Positions 1-12,820 of a stretch of 64,000 bases of DNA are shown here, piece after piece. Each line of letters opens with the position of its first letter. Position 1 is the stretch's first letter. The position numbers and the translations under genes were made by a program. This DNA comes from Eledone cirrhosa (Eukaryota), in NCBI GenBank assembly GCA_964016885.1, contig OZ024745.1, positions 94,612,001 to 94,676,000 of the forward strand, given 5' to 3'. The notes under the pieces were generated by a model. That model did no database searches. It saw nothing but the letters and a program-made list of their open reading frames with translations, and had not been told where the DNA came from.

Positions 1-803
1 TGGGTGTGCATGTAAAGACGCTGCTTGAATCTATTGGCGGTTAACCCTATGTAGGCCCTACGGGACGTGGGTGTTTCAACCTTACATTTGTAGACAAGGT
101 TACTACAGAGGCATTTCCCGTATAGGGGGCAATCAACCCGATTCCTACAATTACAGTTAGTACTAACTACAGGGTTGCACGTGTTCCTACGGCTAGGTAG
201 TTTAGCTAAATTTGAAGCTGCGATGTTATGTGCAAGGTTAGGAGTCGTAGAGTAAGAAATTTTAATAGTATTTCTATTAAAAATTTTACTATATTTATGT
301 GTAGGGGGAAAATGCTTCGTAATAAGGGAAAGAAAGATCTTAGCTAATGGTGTGGCCACCTCCATATTATATGGTGGGTTATACCAACAAATACGAGGGA
401 TCCATTTCTTCTAGGTATATTTTCGTACTCTGTATATGCTACCTTATCGACAAATCCACTCCGAGCATACGATCTATACGTGGATATTTTACGTCTTGAT
501 GTGGTAGCTAGGTATATGTTTTGTTTATACCATTACTTATTTGCATAGCGAACGTTTCCACGAACCAAAGTATCGTCTTCCTGTCTTCCTCCGGTTGCAA
601 CGTTTTTTGAAATATCCACTTCTGCATTTACAGATTGACTTTGTTAGTTTCAGAAGGTCCCGTTGAGGGTGAAAGCAACGATTCTTTGCTTAAACTTTAA
701 TCTGTTATTTTAATAAATATTTACTCTACGGTTCTTATATATTTGATATATATTTATCCTTATCGAGCCCTCTTTGGATTTTAGTCTTCAAATGTATTAT
801 TAT

Positions 804-868
<65 letters not shown>

Positions 869-956
869 CAGAAGGGATATTCAATTTGTTGGTAATTCAA
901 CAAATATAAAGGTTTATAGCTGATTCAGAGCACTCGACAAGCTTTCTGGAGTATAA

Positions 957-1237
957 TATTCAATGATATTAAATAAATAGAAACTATATTTATAAAACCA
1001 TATTTATTCTATTATATATATTTCAAGGGTACCAGATAAATTTCCTATCCAAATCCTTGGATAGGAAAACTTGAAACGTTAAGGTATATTTTCCTTGGTT
1101 ATGTCAAAATTTATAAAACACACTTCGTATTTTATCTGATGATAGCGTACCAAAATTCTGGTACCCTTGAAATATATATAATAGAATAAATATGGTTTTA
1201 TAAATATAGTTTCCTTTTATTTAATATCAATGAATAT
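957..1237 (+). mobile_element. Non-coding PLE-type fragment with inverted arm and type I HHR
   Basis: Arms of about 80 bp (957-1036 vs 1157-1237) are reverse complements. The HHR at 1128-1188 overlaps the right arm. Confidence 0.65.
1128..1188 (+). ncRNA. Type I hammerhead ribozyme
   Basis: TATTTTAT CTGATGA [TAGCGTACCA AAATTC TGGTACCCTT] GAAA TATATA TA ATAGAATA. Confidence 0.7.
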
Positions 1238-1241
1238 CAGC

Positions 1242-1906
1242 GATGGTTGCTAAACACCGTACGGCTTAATTCGGGATGATTGTTTACAAACACACCGAGC
1301 ATTATAATAAATGTTCGGTAAATCCATACGTACATATATATGTGTATGCATGTATGTATATATATATACATACTACTGTACGTCTGTATACATATATGTA
1401 TGTACGTATACATATTATATTTAAGTAACAGCCGTACTAAGAGTGAGAAATGAAATTTCGTTTCATTTTTTCCGTTTATCGTTTTCGGTACACCCGGCAG
1501 ATTAACTCACTCGATATGCAAATTAGGCTGCTCAGCCGTTAATATGCATAAGGAAAGTATATACTTTCAGATGTTCAATCATCTGTCAGGAAGGTATACG
1601 GTGCTGACGATAGCTAATAAGCTTGAAACTAGTACAGCGTTCCTTTGTCAGTGTTGAACAAACGAGCAACGATGGTTGCTAGACACTGTACGGCTTAATT
1701 CGGGATGTTTGTTTACAAACACACCGAGCATTATAATAAATGTTCGGTAAATCCATATGTACATATAAATGTGTGTGCTTGTATGTATATATATATACAT
1801 ACTACTGTACGTCTGTATACATATATGTATGTACGTGTACATACATACTTACATTTAAGTACCAGCCGTACTAAGAGTGGAAATGAAATTTCGTTTCTTC
1901 TTTTCC

Positions 1907-1910
<4 letters not shown>
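1242..1910 (+). repeat. Partial tandem (429-bp period) of an HHR-bearing non-coding element, family B
   Basis: gatggttgct recurs at 1242 and 1671. Related copies at 33225-34163, 35405-35600, 36415-36455 and 39770-39900. Ends in (TA)n. Confidence 0.8.
1599..1639 (+). ncRNA. Minimal type I hammerhead ribozyme (family B)
   Basis: CGGTG CTGACGA TAGCT AATA AGCTT GAAA CTAG TA CAGCG, with palindromic stem III ACTAGT. Confidence 0.75.
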
Positions 1911-1975
<65 letters not shown>

Positions 1976-2984
1976 CATATGTGGGTGCCTGTGATCTATA
2001 TACACTGGCCATAGACACACACACACATATATATATATTTATTTATATATATATATATACATACACACTCACGCACATATAAATATATACACAACAACAT
2101 CACCAGCTCCCTCTCTCTCTTCCATTCTTCTGTGTCTCCTCTCCCTCTCTCTATTTCTCTATTTCAATCTACTCTCTCACAACCACTATCTCGTTCTCTA
2201 TATCCTTCTCTTTCTCTGTTTATGAAGGTACCAGGAAAAACCCCATTCTCGGGAACCCGTCCTCTGATTTACGCGAAATTTGTTTTATTCCATTTCTATT
2301 TGCATTTTAGGGTCAACTTCCTTTCAAAGTATTTTCCCATTATGCGCCCTTTTGGCTGTATTACATTACATTCAAGCAAGCAAGCTTGCAAGCAATCGCA
2401 GAGCTTTAGTAATATATAGAAGATAGATTGCACAATACTTATTTGTTCACTTTGTTATACTTCCCGTTCTCGCACGGCTGTCTCTGTTTAATAACTTTGG
2501 CAGATATAAAAATAAATCCCGAACTTTACTCGTGCAAAGTTTCTTTCCTCCAAACCACAATCATGCTGATAGGAAATATATTTATGGACATCTGTGCCAT
2601 CCATAATAATGAGAATGGCAGGAAGTTAGATCAAGTGTATATCAGTTGCATGAGTTTCATTTCGTAGCTACATCAAATTGAATTAGAATAGCTATATTTT
2701 GTTTTGAAATAAACGCATAAAACTTTGAACTGATTTGATCAAACGTACTATAAGTGTTTTTCACATTGCTACACTATATAAAGAGCTATCGAAATGTGAA
2801 ATTATTCCAACCGAAACCACTATATACATGGTATTCGTTTCATCGACACCGGAAGTATTATAGTGTCGACACATGTTTCGTTTATTTGAACACAAAATGT
2901 AGGAAGGTGAAATTAAATAGTGCAAATCTATTATTCTGAAACTTTACAGTTTTTAACACTCAGCCGTCCTATACACAAAGTTGC

Positions 2985-3230
2985 ACAGCCTAGTGGTTAA
3001 GGCTTTGAGATCACGATCGTAATATCGTGGGTTCGATAGATGAATCGGACGGCGCTTTGCCTCATTGAGTAAGGCAGTTCCGTTCACGTTAGTCTAGTCA
3101 ACTAGGTGAAAATCAACATTACCAGCTGTATTTGGGTGACTGACGGGTAGGAATCGTGGTATCTTGATCTGTCATTTGCTAAACGCCGATGAAATCTGCA
3201 TAAGCTACGGCTAGATGAGCTAGGCAGGAA
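2985..3230 (+). mobile_element. Diverged tRNA-derived SINE (family 2)
   Basis: A-box-like tagtggttaagg and B-box-like ggttcgat, followed by ttgagtaaggca...ttcacgtt as in the 20641 copy. Confidence 0.55.
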
Positions 3231-3376
3231 AGGGACTTTGAACATTCCTGCACATTTAAATTATAATGAAATATTTAATCATACACGTAAGAATACTTAT
3301 AAGAAACCATGGTATGGATTTAAATGAAGTAACCCTATCTCATACACACACGCTCGCATGGAGGTGGTACACACGT

Positions 3377-3430
<54 letters not shown>

Positions 3431-3581
3431 GATGACTCAAAAGACGAGAGTCCATTCGAAAATATAATAACGTTTTTACAATTAATGTACAATAAATAAA
3501 AGGGCAATACTTTGAAATGATCTAATGGCTTTTGGGACACCCTGTATAAATACACACACACACACATATATATATATATGT

Positions 3582-3613
<32 letters not shown>

Positions 3614-3616
<3 letters not shown>

Positions 3617-3731
3617 GGAACGAGTAGGACCCCGACGGCTGAGCTCAAGCCGTTTCGACGGCTAATTCTGCGTCCAGAATTAGCCGTCGAAACGGCTTGA
3701 GCTCAGCCGTCGGGGTCCTACTCGTTCCTAT
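3614..3731. repeat. Perfect 57-bp inverted repeat with 4-nt loop, containing the 3' half of an HHR
   Basis: 3614-3670 is the reverse complement of 3675-3731. GAAA CGGCTTGAGCTCAGCCG TC lies at 3689-3711. Confidence 0.85.
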
Positions 3732-3807
3732 TACCCACTCTACTACCCTAAGTATTGAGTACTTTGGTGCGTTATGGTCCATCTGGTTCCTTACCACATT
3801 TCCTTCG

Positions 3808-3906
<99 letters not shown>

Positions 3907-4002
3907 TTTTGAGTTTATGTTGGTTGTATACCAACACCTCAGTATGCAGGCTGGAGCACTCGAGGAAGTGCGCAGGTTGGTTTGGTTACTCCGGAGTAGT
4001 GT

Positions 4003-4554
4003 AAAATAAAGTTAAATAAAAGTCAAATGATTAAAATTTACCTTCGTTTATTACTGCTATATATATTTCAGTGACAGCCATCTTTGGCTGTGACCTCTTC
4101 AGGCAGTTTGAATTAGTATGGTATAGACAAGTACATATGTTGTTTAGGTGTATAATATTGTCAATACTCTGATATGCCCAGTTCCTTGTTGGGTTGTTAA
4201 TTCACTGAGGAACTGGAGTCATATGAATTCAAACAAACGAATTTCACTGTCAAAGGTCCCCTTCTCCTCTCATTGGTCAGTTATTAGACCATTCCTCATT
4301 CTAAGTGTTGTTATTGTTGGAGTTAGCTTAAAAATTGATAAAATGTTCCTTTAACACCTTGTCCCTTCTAGCATTTTATCAATTTTTAAGCTAACTCCAA
4401 CAATAACAACACTTAGAATGAGGAATGTTCTAATAACTATACCATACTAATTCAAACTGCCTGAAGAGGTCACAGCCAAAGATGGCTGTCACTGAAATAT
4501 ATATAGCAGTAATAAACGAAGCTAAATTTTAATCATTTGACTTTTATTTAACTT

Positions 4555-4560
<6 letters not shown>
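4003..4560. mobile_element. Fold-back non-coding element with an HHR in each arm
   Basis: 4372-4560 is the reverse complement of 4003-4348 less an internal ~150 bp. HHRs at 4053-4107 (-) and 4456-4510 (+). Followed by (TA)n. Confidence 0.75.
4456..4510 (+). ncRNA. Type I hammerhead ribozyme
   Basis: ACTGC CTGAAGA GGTCACAGCCA AAGA TGGCTGTCACT GAAA TATATA TA GCAGT. Confidence 0.8.
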
Positions 4561-4631
<71 letters not shown>

Positions 4632-4849
4632 TTTAATTTATTAATTTATTGATATTTTATTTGAGTGACACGAATCTTCCTGGTCGTTCTTTTTCGGCTG
4701 CACGGGTGATTTTAGGCATGATCTCTATGTGTTGGTAATTTAACGATGGTTATAGCTCTGATTTATCCAAATTATTGAGCCCTCTGCCACACATGTCGGA
4801 TATTGTTTATCGTGATTTCGTGGGCCGATATTCCGATTCTCGATTATTC

Positions 4850-4917
<68 letters not shown>

Positions 4918-4979
4918 TTAATATAGATGAGATTCTACAGGACTAGAACTGTTTCATTCCCGATTCAACCCGGAATAAC

Positions 4980-5056
<77 letters not shown>

Positions 5057-5058
<2 letters not shown>

Positions 5059-6005
5059 ATCTTATAGACGTGCTCTTTGAAGCTAGTAAAATGAGGTATA
5101 CTCTTGATAAGTCGGCAGACCTCACAAAGGCTCTATATCTCTATGATGTATTGTTTTTGATTATGCCACGAAACTACGTAGTCGAGGAATCTAGAAGCAG
5201 TTTAGGTATGATACATCTTATTACTAATTATATCTAAATGTTTCTTCTCTCTTCATAATGTACTTTTAGCTCTGATACTGGTTCAGTCTAATCCATTCGG
5301 ATTGGTTTGTCCCAGTTATTCATAGAGCAACATCGGTTAAGGTTGGCACCATTAACTCAAGGATGGATGTGGATATATTCATGTATATGTATGTGTCCGC
5401 ATGTATCTGTGTGTTTCTCAATATATTGTTTATAACTCCCCCTGGTCGAGTAATCCTTAAAGTGTAGTGACTGCTGGAAAGCTGCCATTACTCATACTTC
5501 TTGCCTCCTTAACCACCTCTTCTTCCGCCTCGATATAAATACCCCCTCCGCCTCCGTGGTATTTTTTTCAGGGTTATAAGGGGCTTAGCTCTGTTTCTTG
5601 ACCGTCGTATCACGTGATTGACTCCCCCTCCGCCTTTTGGGATTCTATCTCACATCTTATAAACGTGCTCTTTGAGGTATCCTCGTGATAAGTCGGCAGA
5701 CCTCACAAAGGCTCTATATCTCTATGATGTATTGTTTTTGGTTATGCCACGAAACTACGTAGTCGAGGAATCTAGAAGCAGTTTAGGTATGATACATCTT
5801 ATTACTAATTATATCTAAATGTTTCTTCTCTCTTCATAATGTACTTTTAGCTCTGATACTGGTTCAGTCTAATCCATTCGGATTGGTTTATCCCAGTTAT
5901 TCATAGAGCAACATCGGTTAAGGTTGGCACCATTAACTCAAGGATGGATGTGGATATATTCATGTATATGTATGTGTCCGCATGTATCTGTGTGTTTCTC
6001 AATAT

Positions 6006-6010
<5 letters not shown>
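5057..6010 (+). repeat. Partial tandem repeat (~580-595 bp period) between (TA)n tracts, with one HHR-like motif per unit
   Basis: 5057-5430 is repeated at 5652-6010. GAAA CTACGTAG TC GAGG occurs at 5170 and 5751, but the upstream cores are degenerate (TTGATAA / GTGATAA). Confidence 0.7.
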
Positions 6011-6047
<37 letters not shown>

Positions 6048-6940
6048 ATGTTTAGACGCTCGCATGTGTACGTGTGTGTTTTATAGTTGAAGAGCTGAGA
6101 ACTTGTGTGTGTGTGTCAAGTCACTTTAAATACGATCTTTATTCCACGAGTAATTCTTTCTTATTTAGTATCAATCGACTCAATAAACTAATCAAACAGA
6201 ATAGCTTATTGTGCTATTTAAGGCATACTCCACTCCAATTGTGTGACCTTTACTGGTGACATTTATATATATGTTGGATATATATGTTCCGAAAGCAAAG
6301 TTCTTACCGAAATTTTAGAGAATACTGAAATATATAAATACATCTCTACTGGAAAGACATCTCTACTCGTCATATAATTTAATGCGAAGTACATGGTGTT
6401 AACTGAAGCAAATATATTCGTTAGCAGAAATAAATGGTCAGGAGAAATATGTTCAAAATCTTTAACTCGTTTGTCTAGGTAATTAGTTCAAATCTTAACA
6501 ATTCTGATAAAGCATTTTTACGGTCTTAATTGAAGACCATAAAATTAAAAATAAACGCAAGTAATTTTTGTTTAACCACAGGTCAAGCCTGATCATGCAG
6601 ACCTGGAATCATATGCATTGTAGTCATGACCATCTTGTCATTTTTTAATGGGGGAGCGGGATATATAGGATATGATGTTAAATTCTATATTGTGCAATGC
6701 GTCATTTCATATTTAAAGACAGTATGATGTAATTTGAGATATATTTGGTTGCTATTCTGTGCAGCCTCGTTGGCTCAATAAAATATATTGTAATGTATAA
6801 ATTATAACAGTCCCTTATCGTTAAAACATATACATAATCTCTAAAGTGATATTTCTCCAGGAAAATCTTATGTTGTTTTTTTATCATTAAATAACCGTGA
6901 TAATTAAAAACAATTATGGGATCATAAAGTCGTTATAATA

Positions 6941-7120
6941 ATTATTTCTACTTTTGGCACAAGGCCAGCAATCACCCAGAACATTACTGGTACTTTATTT
7001 TAGCGATCCCGTAAGGATGAAAGGCAAAGTTAACCTCGACGGGATTTGAACTCAGATCGTAAAGGTACGTAATTATGCTAGAAAGCATGGCGTCCGACCC
7101 TCTACCGATACTGTCAATTC
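6941..7120 (-). mobile_element. tRNA-derived SINE (family 1)
   Basis: Reverse complement of the ggattggcagtatcggtagag...gagttcaaatccc...ggccttgtgccaaaagtagaaa repeat. Confidence 0.8.
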
Positions 7121-7385
7121 AATAATAGTCGATCACTATAAACATGGTCATTTGCACATTTCAAATTTCGCACACATTTCAAATTTGAAAATTTTCCAAA
7201 GTTATTTAACTGAACCGCTGGTTACATTTCTAGCTACAGGCTTAAAAACTTTGTTAAATAAACAGATTTACTGGCAAGTGGTACTTTAGGGCAGTGGTTA
7301 TTATAGCTCTCGACCAGCACCCGAGAACTGCAGTGTTCAATTCCTGGCACGCACCTCTGTCCACATTTTCTCAACTATTATTTAT

Positions 7386-7655
7386 AGTCGATAAAATAAA
7401 GTACCAGTAATGCACTGGGATAATTGCTGGCCTTGTGCCAAAAGTAGAAACAATTATTAAGGGCTGTGGATTGGCAGTATCGGTAGAGTGCCGGCCGCCA
7501 TGCTTTACAGCATAGAGTTACGGCCCTTTATTATCTGAGTTCAAATCCCGTCGAGGTTAACTTTGCCTTTCAACCTTACGGGGTCGATAAAATAAAGCCC
7601 CAGTAATGCACTGGGATAATTGCTGGCCTTCTGTCAAAAGTAGAAACAATTATTA
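7386..7655 (+). mobile_element. Family 1 SINE, 3' half plus a full copy in tandem
   Basis: A box tggcagtatcgg, B box gagttcaaatcc, tail gtagaaacaattatt. Confidence 0.8.
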
Positions 7656-7959
7656 AGGTCATTTGCACAGGGTTGCAAACATTTTGAATTCCAAATTTTC
7701 CCAGTGCTTCTGATATATTAATGATTCCTATTAACGTGTTAAAAATTAAAATGATAAAATCAAAGAAATCATGAATTTTTAGCAGATTTTTATATATTAC
7801 ATCCTTCTGTAAAATAAGCTTAATTTTGTTATGATTTGCTCTTAAATAGCAACATCATAATTGCGATTAATTATGAAATGTTATAATATATTATAATTAA
7901 TATTATAATACGCATTTTCATAGCACAATATAGAACTACTTAATAGGTAATTGGTACAA

Positions 7960-8135
7960 CCTGTGATTGGAGGGGCCAGTCTTGTCACATTTTGTATCAC
8001 GCCGAATCTCCATGAAAACTACATTAAGGGCACACGTGTCTGTGGAATGCTCAGCCACTTGCACGTTAATTTCATGAGCAGGCTGTTCTGTTGATAGGAT
8101 CAACTAGAACACTCATCATCGTAACCGACGGAGTG
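7960..8135 (+). mobile_element. 3' part of a family 2 SINE
   Basis: Matches 20780-20938 (cttgtcacatt...cgtaaccgacggag). Confidence 0.7.
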
Positions 8136-8142
8136 ACCTCCA

Positions 8143-8193
<51 letters not shown>

Positions 8194-8322
8194 TTTTTGT
8201 TATATCTTATTTTATTTTTATATTTTGTTATTGCCTCCTCCTTATTGAGGACGCCTTTTTGTGTAAACTCCCCCCTTTGTACTTGTCCCACTTTTGATGC
8301 CCTAGTGGCAAATAAAAGAAAC

Positions 8323-8374
<52 letters not shown>

Positions 8375-8555
8375 ATCTCGGAGAAGATAGACGTGTTTTT
8401 GTTTCGCTCCTGCATTTTGTCGGAATTTATTACGAGAAGCGGTAGGTTTGTTTAAGTAACTTGTTATTTGTTGTGTTTAACCCCTCGACTGGGTCTGCAG
8501 ACGTTGGGTAAAATATATTTCGCCCCTTTTTGGGGCGAAATTTAATAGTTATAAG

Positions 8556-9437
8556 TTGTCGATAAAAAGTCGTTTAGTGACAATTGACGCCATTAATACG
8601 ACACATGCCACGCCCCTCAAGGAAAGTGATAGAGAGAAGGTAGCAGCACACCGCTGTAAGCCTTCCCTCCTCACTCCCGCAAAAGACACCACGGAATCAA
8701 AAGAAAAATTTGTGGAAATGGGTGAAAACCCCAAAAGTAACAATTACACAAACAAGAACAACAATGACAATAACAACACAACTAACAACATCAACAATGA
8801 CAATAACAACACAACCAACAACACCAATAATGACAACACCAATAAAGGAAAAAAGCAAGCCAACACGAATAACAACAACAACAATGATAACAACACGAAA
8901 GAAAACGGACCCACAGCTGAAGTCACCTTCGCACAGGCGGTCCGAGAAACGCAGACATACAAGGCACTGGACATCTCGAATGCCAAGAAATTGCTGAAAG
9001 AAGCAAGGAATTGTGTAACTTTCGGGGAAGGTGGGGAATTCACAATTACCTTTACGATAGGCGAATCCACCGGGGGCGTATTCAGCGGCAATAGCCTTGA
9101 AGTTCTGGTCCAAATGAGACCAGAACGGATAGCAAGAATACCGCAGCGTGTGTCCCTGGCTGGAGTCGCCTTCATAAACATTTCTGTTGAGGGCAGGCGG
9201 CCTTCATGCTACCACTGTTCAAGAAGTGGTCACCTGAGGGCTTCCTGTCCCCTTTTAAATCCCCCCCCCCAAAAAAAAGACACTTCTGTCCACCCCACAC
9301 ACAACAACACCACAACAACAACCACAACAACACGAACAAATAACAACACAAGACACTGTCCCACCCAACCCCTCCCCACCTATAACAAATACAAAAGCAA
9401 CCACAATAAAACCCCAAAATATACCCCTCCCCACTAA
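8556..9437 (+). pseudogene. LINE ORF1 (gag-like, CCHC zinc knuckle), frameshifted after the knuckle
   Basis: VEGRRPSCYHCSRSGHLRASCP with Asn/Thr-rich linkers. Related reading continues to about 10040 in other frames. Confidence 0.8.
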
Positions 9438-10095
9438 CACGGACGAGGACCCCTTATCAACGTCACCTAGTGACGACGAGAGAGAACCCTTTCAACCGGT
9501 TAAAAGAAAGAAAAGAAGGTACCACATTAACAAAAATGCAACAAACACACAACCACCAGCACAAACAGAACAAACATCACAAACAAAAAAAACCACCTCT
9601 CCCGAAAACATAACACATGATTCAAAATGCAAACACACGCAAGAACAACAAACAAAAACAAACACAACACAACAAAAACAGTATACATACATCAACACAA
9701 ACAACAAAACACTTGTGCAAACAATAGACAAAGATCCTTCGGTGGAAACCGAAGGGAAAATGTTCACCAACGCGGCGACTAAACCGCATTTAAAAATGAT
9801 TAGGTTCCCAAGGGACACCTACGCAATACTCATACAGAATTTTCCCGAGGACGTGGGGAACCCCTGTACTAGACCTAGCAACCGCGTCCTCTTGAAATGT
9901 TTCAAAACCACCACCCCAGACACCCCTCCCCCACCAAATACCGCCACCCCATCACACACTGATGTGCCCACCACATCCAAAACCACCACCCCAACAAACA
10001 ACCCCACCGACACCCCTATGGAAATTATGCAGCCCAGGAGAAGGACAGGTAGGTGTCTTTTCCTTTTTCTCCACTCCAAACTCTTCACCACCAAC

Positions 10096-12820
10096 ATGGT
10101 TGTTATAAGAGTTGGATGTTTATATGTGCGCGGCCTGGGGATGTCCTGGAAGCAGGGCAAACTCTTAAATGACCTCAGGTCGCACAGAATGGATGTGATA
10201 GCTATTTGCGAGTCCGGGTTCAGCAGCGAGCACCAACTGGCCTCCATCTTCGACGACTTTGAGATCTATGCATCTCTCTGTCAGCCGGGGGCTGGGGACG
10301 GGGTGGTCGTTCTGCTGTGAAAACACCTGGGCCTCGCAACACGGAAGGTACACCTGGACCCCGAGGGTCGACTGGTGGTTCTAGACGTCTGCAGGTGGCA
10401 GATTATGCCCCATCTGGGACACCGCGACCGGACTTCTTCCAGCGCCTAGAGACTTTTCTGGGAACGTCTCGCTTCATACTTTTAGTGGGGGACTGGAATG
10501 GTATCCTGGATGCACGTTGGGACTGTGTAGGGGCATGTCTCGATAAAGGGGGTGTAACAGCCTCAAACGGGTAATCGGCCGATTTGATATGGCCGATAGA
10601 TATCGACTTGATTTTCCGACTGTGCCACTGTGGACGTGGACTAATCTTAGCGGAATATCTAGGTCGTACCTAGATAGATTCCTAGTTAGAATTAAGGATA
10701 GGGACATATTAAGCTGTCCACGAATGTTCATGGTTGACTATTAGGATCGCAAGTTGGTGACAGGAGAGGTCAACTTTGATAGAACCCATAGACAAGGACC
10801 CGGTTACTGGAAGCTAAACCTGTCCTTATCGACAAACAAAGCTTACAGTAAGCGGATTAGCACTCTAGTTAAGCAGCGGTTGACGGGGGAAATTGTCAAC
10901 AACAGGTGGTGGGGCTCTCTCAAGAGAGAAATTAGAATAGAATCGATAGGTTTTAGTCAGAAATTAGCATCAGATAGGAATAGAACTAAAAGGGAATTGA
11001 TAGAGTAGAAGAGGCAATTAGGAGGGGCAACGTGGCCGGCGTGCTGGCGTCAAGAACGGTCCTAGACCAGTTCTTTGACCCGAAGTACGAGGGATGCGTT
11101 GTCAAGAGTAAAATACGTACTCTGGGTAACGAGGGAGCCAAAGCTATTAGCTGGGCCCGAGTGACAGGCAAAAAGTTGAAACAAGTCAACGATTCGGATG
11201 TGCGCGGCCTTTCAACGGCGCTTTGCACGACTGTTCGGGAGGGGCGGCGGGCCGGCTGAGGCCATGGATTTAGGTCCATACCTCGACGGTCTGGCGTGGT
11301 TCTCGGACTGGGAGGCGAGGTCCTGCGAAAGGCTGATTTCAGCCGCTGAAATAGGGGAAGCGCTGAGCCAATGTGGCAAACGCAAACCTCCTGGTCTCGA
11401 TGGTCTACAATACGAACTTTATGTAGCGATGCCGGACTTCTTCTCCTATCTCCTCGAGGCGGTCTACTGCAACTGGCAACAGAACGGGAGAATTCCCAGT
11501 TCTGTGACCAAGAGCGTAGTCCCGCTGGTGAGGAAGGACGAGAACAAGGGGATGACATAGATAACTTCAGGCCCATAACTCTTCTTAACACAGAGTTAAA
11601 GATTTTAGCGAAGGTGTTAGCTAAGAGGTTGGCGCTTGTCATCGGGAACCTGGTGGGAGAAGCGCAGACATGCACAATCCCGTACAGGTCCATACACGAC
11701 AACCTGCACCTCATGCGATACATCGTAGAGAGGGTAGGGAACGTACTCGGCTTTGGTGGGGCCCTGATCAACTTCGAGCAGATCGGCACCTTACTGGAGG
11801 AATACGAAAGGTTTACAGGAGCCAAGCTGAACCGGGACAAGTCCGTCCGTTTGCAACTCGGAACATGGAGAGGCAAACCGATGCCCTCCGACGGCGTGGT
11901 CGGACGCTGGACGGAGGGACCGGTGAAGCTGCTCGGGATCTGGTTCGGACCGGACCTCCAGGTGGAGAAAAACTGGGACGAGGTAACGGGCAGGGTGTTT
12001 GCACACGCCCAGAAGTGGGCCGAAGGCAAACTATCCCTGAAAGGTCGAGCAGAGGTGGCGAACACCTATATAGCGTCCGTCATCTACTACCGCTTGACCG
12101 TCATGCCTGGTCCAGCAAAAAGACGCACGCGAAAATGGAGCGCGCGCTCTTCCGATTCCTTTGGAAGAAGCGTTCCCCTTTGGTGAGAAGATCCATCTTC
12201 CCTCAACACCCTTCGAACGGAAGGCTGGAGATGCCGTGGCTGACGATGCGTAGACACGCATTAAGGCTACGGTACCTCCAGGTATTCCTCACCGGTCAGC
12301 CGGTGTGGGCCTCTTTTGTGAGGCGAGCCGTTGGCAGTGCTACCGAGGAGCTCTACCCGTTCGGGACAAGCTCTACAGACACGGGCGCCTGGGTAGGGAC
12401 CCCTCGAAGTAGATCTGTCCAAGATGCGTGCGTGACGAGGAAACCGTTGCGCACGCATTCGTACACTGCCCGGGCGTTGCTCACCTGTAGGGCTATGTGG
12501 AACGACTACTGTCGCGGGTGGGACCAATCCGGTTGACCACCGAGTACATTGTCACGATCAAACCGCCTCCCCCTTTCAAAAACGAAGGAGAGGCGCTTTT
12601 CCTCTGCGTGATAGCTATGGCGAAAGAGGTTGTATGGTGGATGAGGTTGAAAGGGCTGAGGTCAGACACATTTCTCTCCGGCCAACAACTACACTTTTTT
12701 TCAAGTACCATTTTAGAAGAAGGCTCAGAACGGAGAGAGAGGTGCTCTACCTCAGCAAGTTTTATGAAAGGTGGGTGAAAGTGCCGAGTGAATGGGCCTT
12801 CTCTCTATATCAGCCTGTAG
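10096..12820 (+). pseudogene. LINE ORF2 (APE endonuclease - reverse transcriptase - CCHC), disrupted
   Basis: GCLYVRGL..DVIAICES, LVGDWN, GPGYWKLN, PGLDGL, NFRPITLLNTELKILAKVLAKRL, CPRC..EETVAHAFVHC. Frameshifted, with the RT catalytic core deleted near 11776. Confidence 0.9.
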
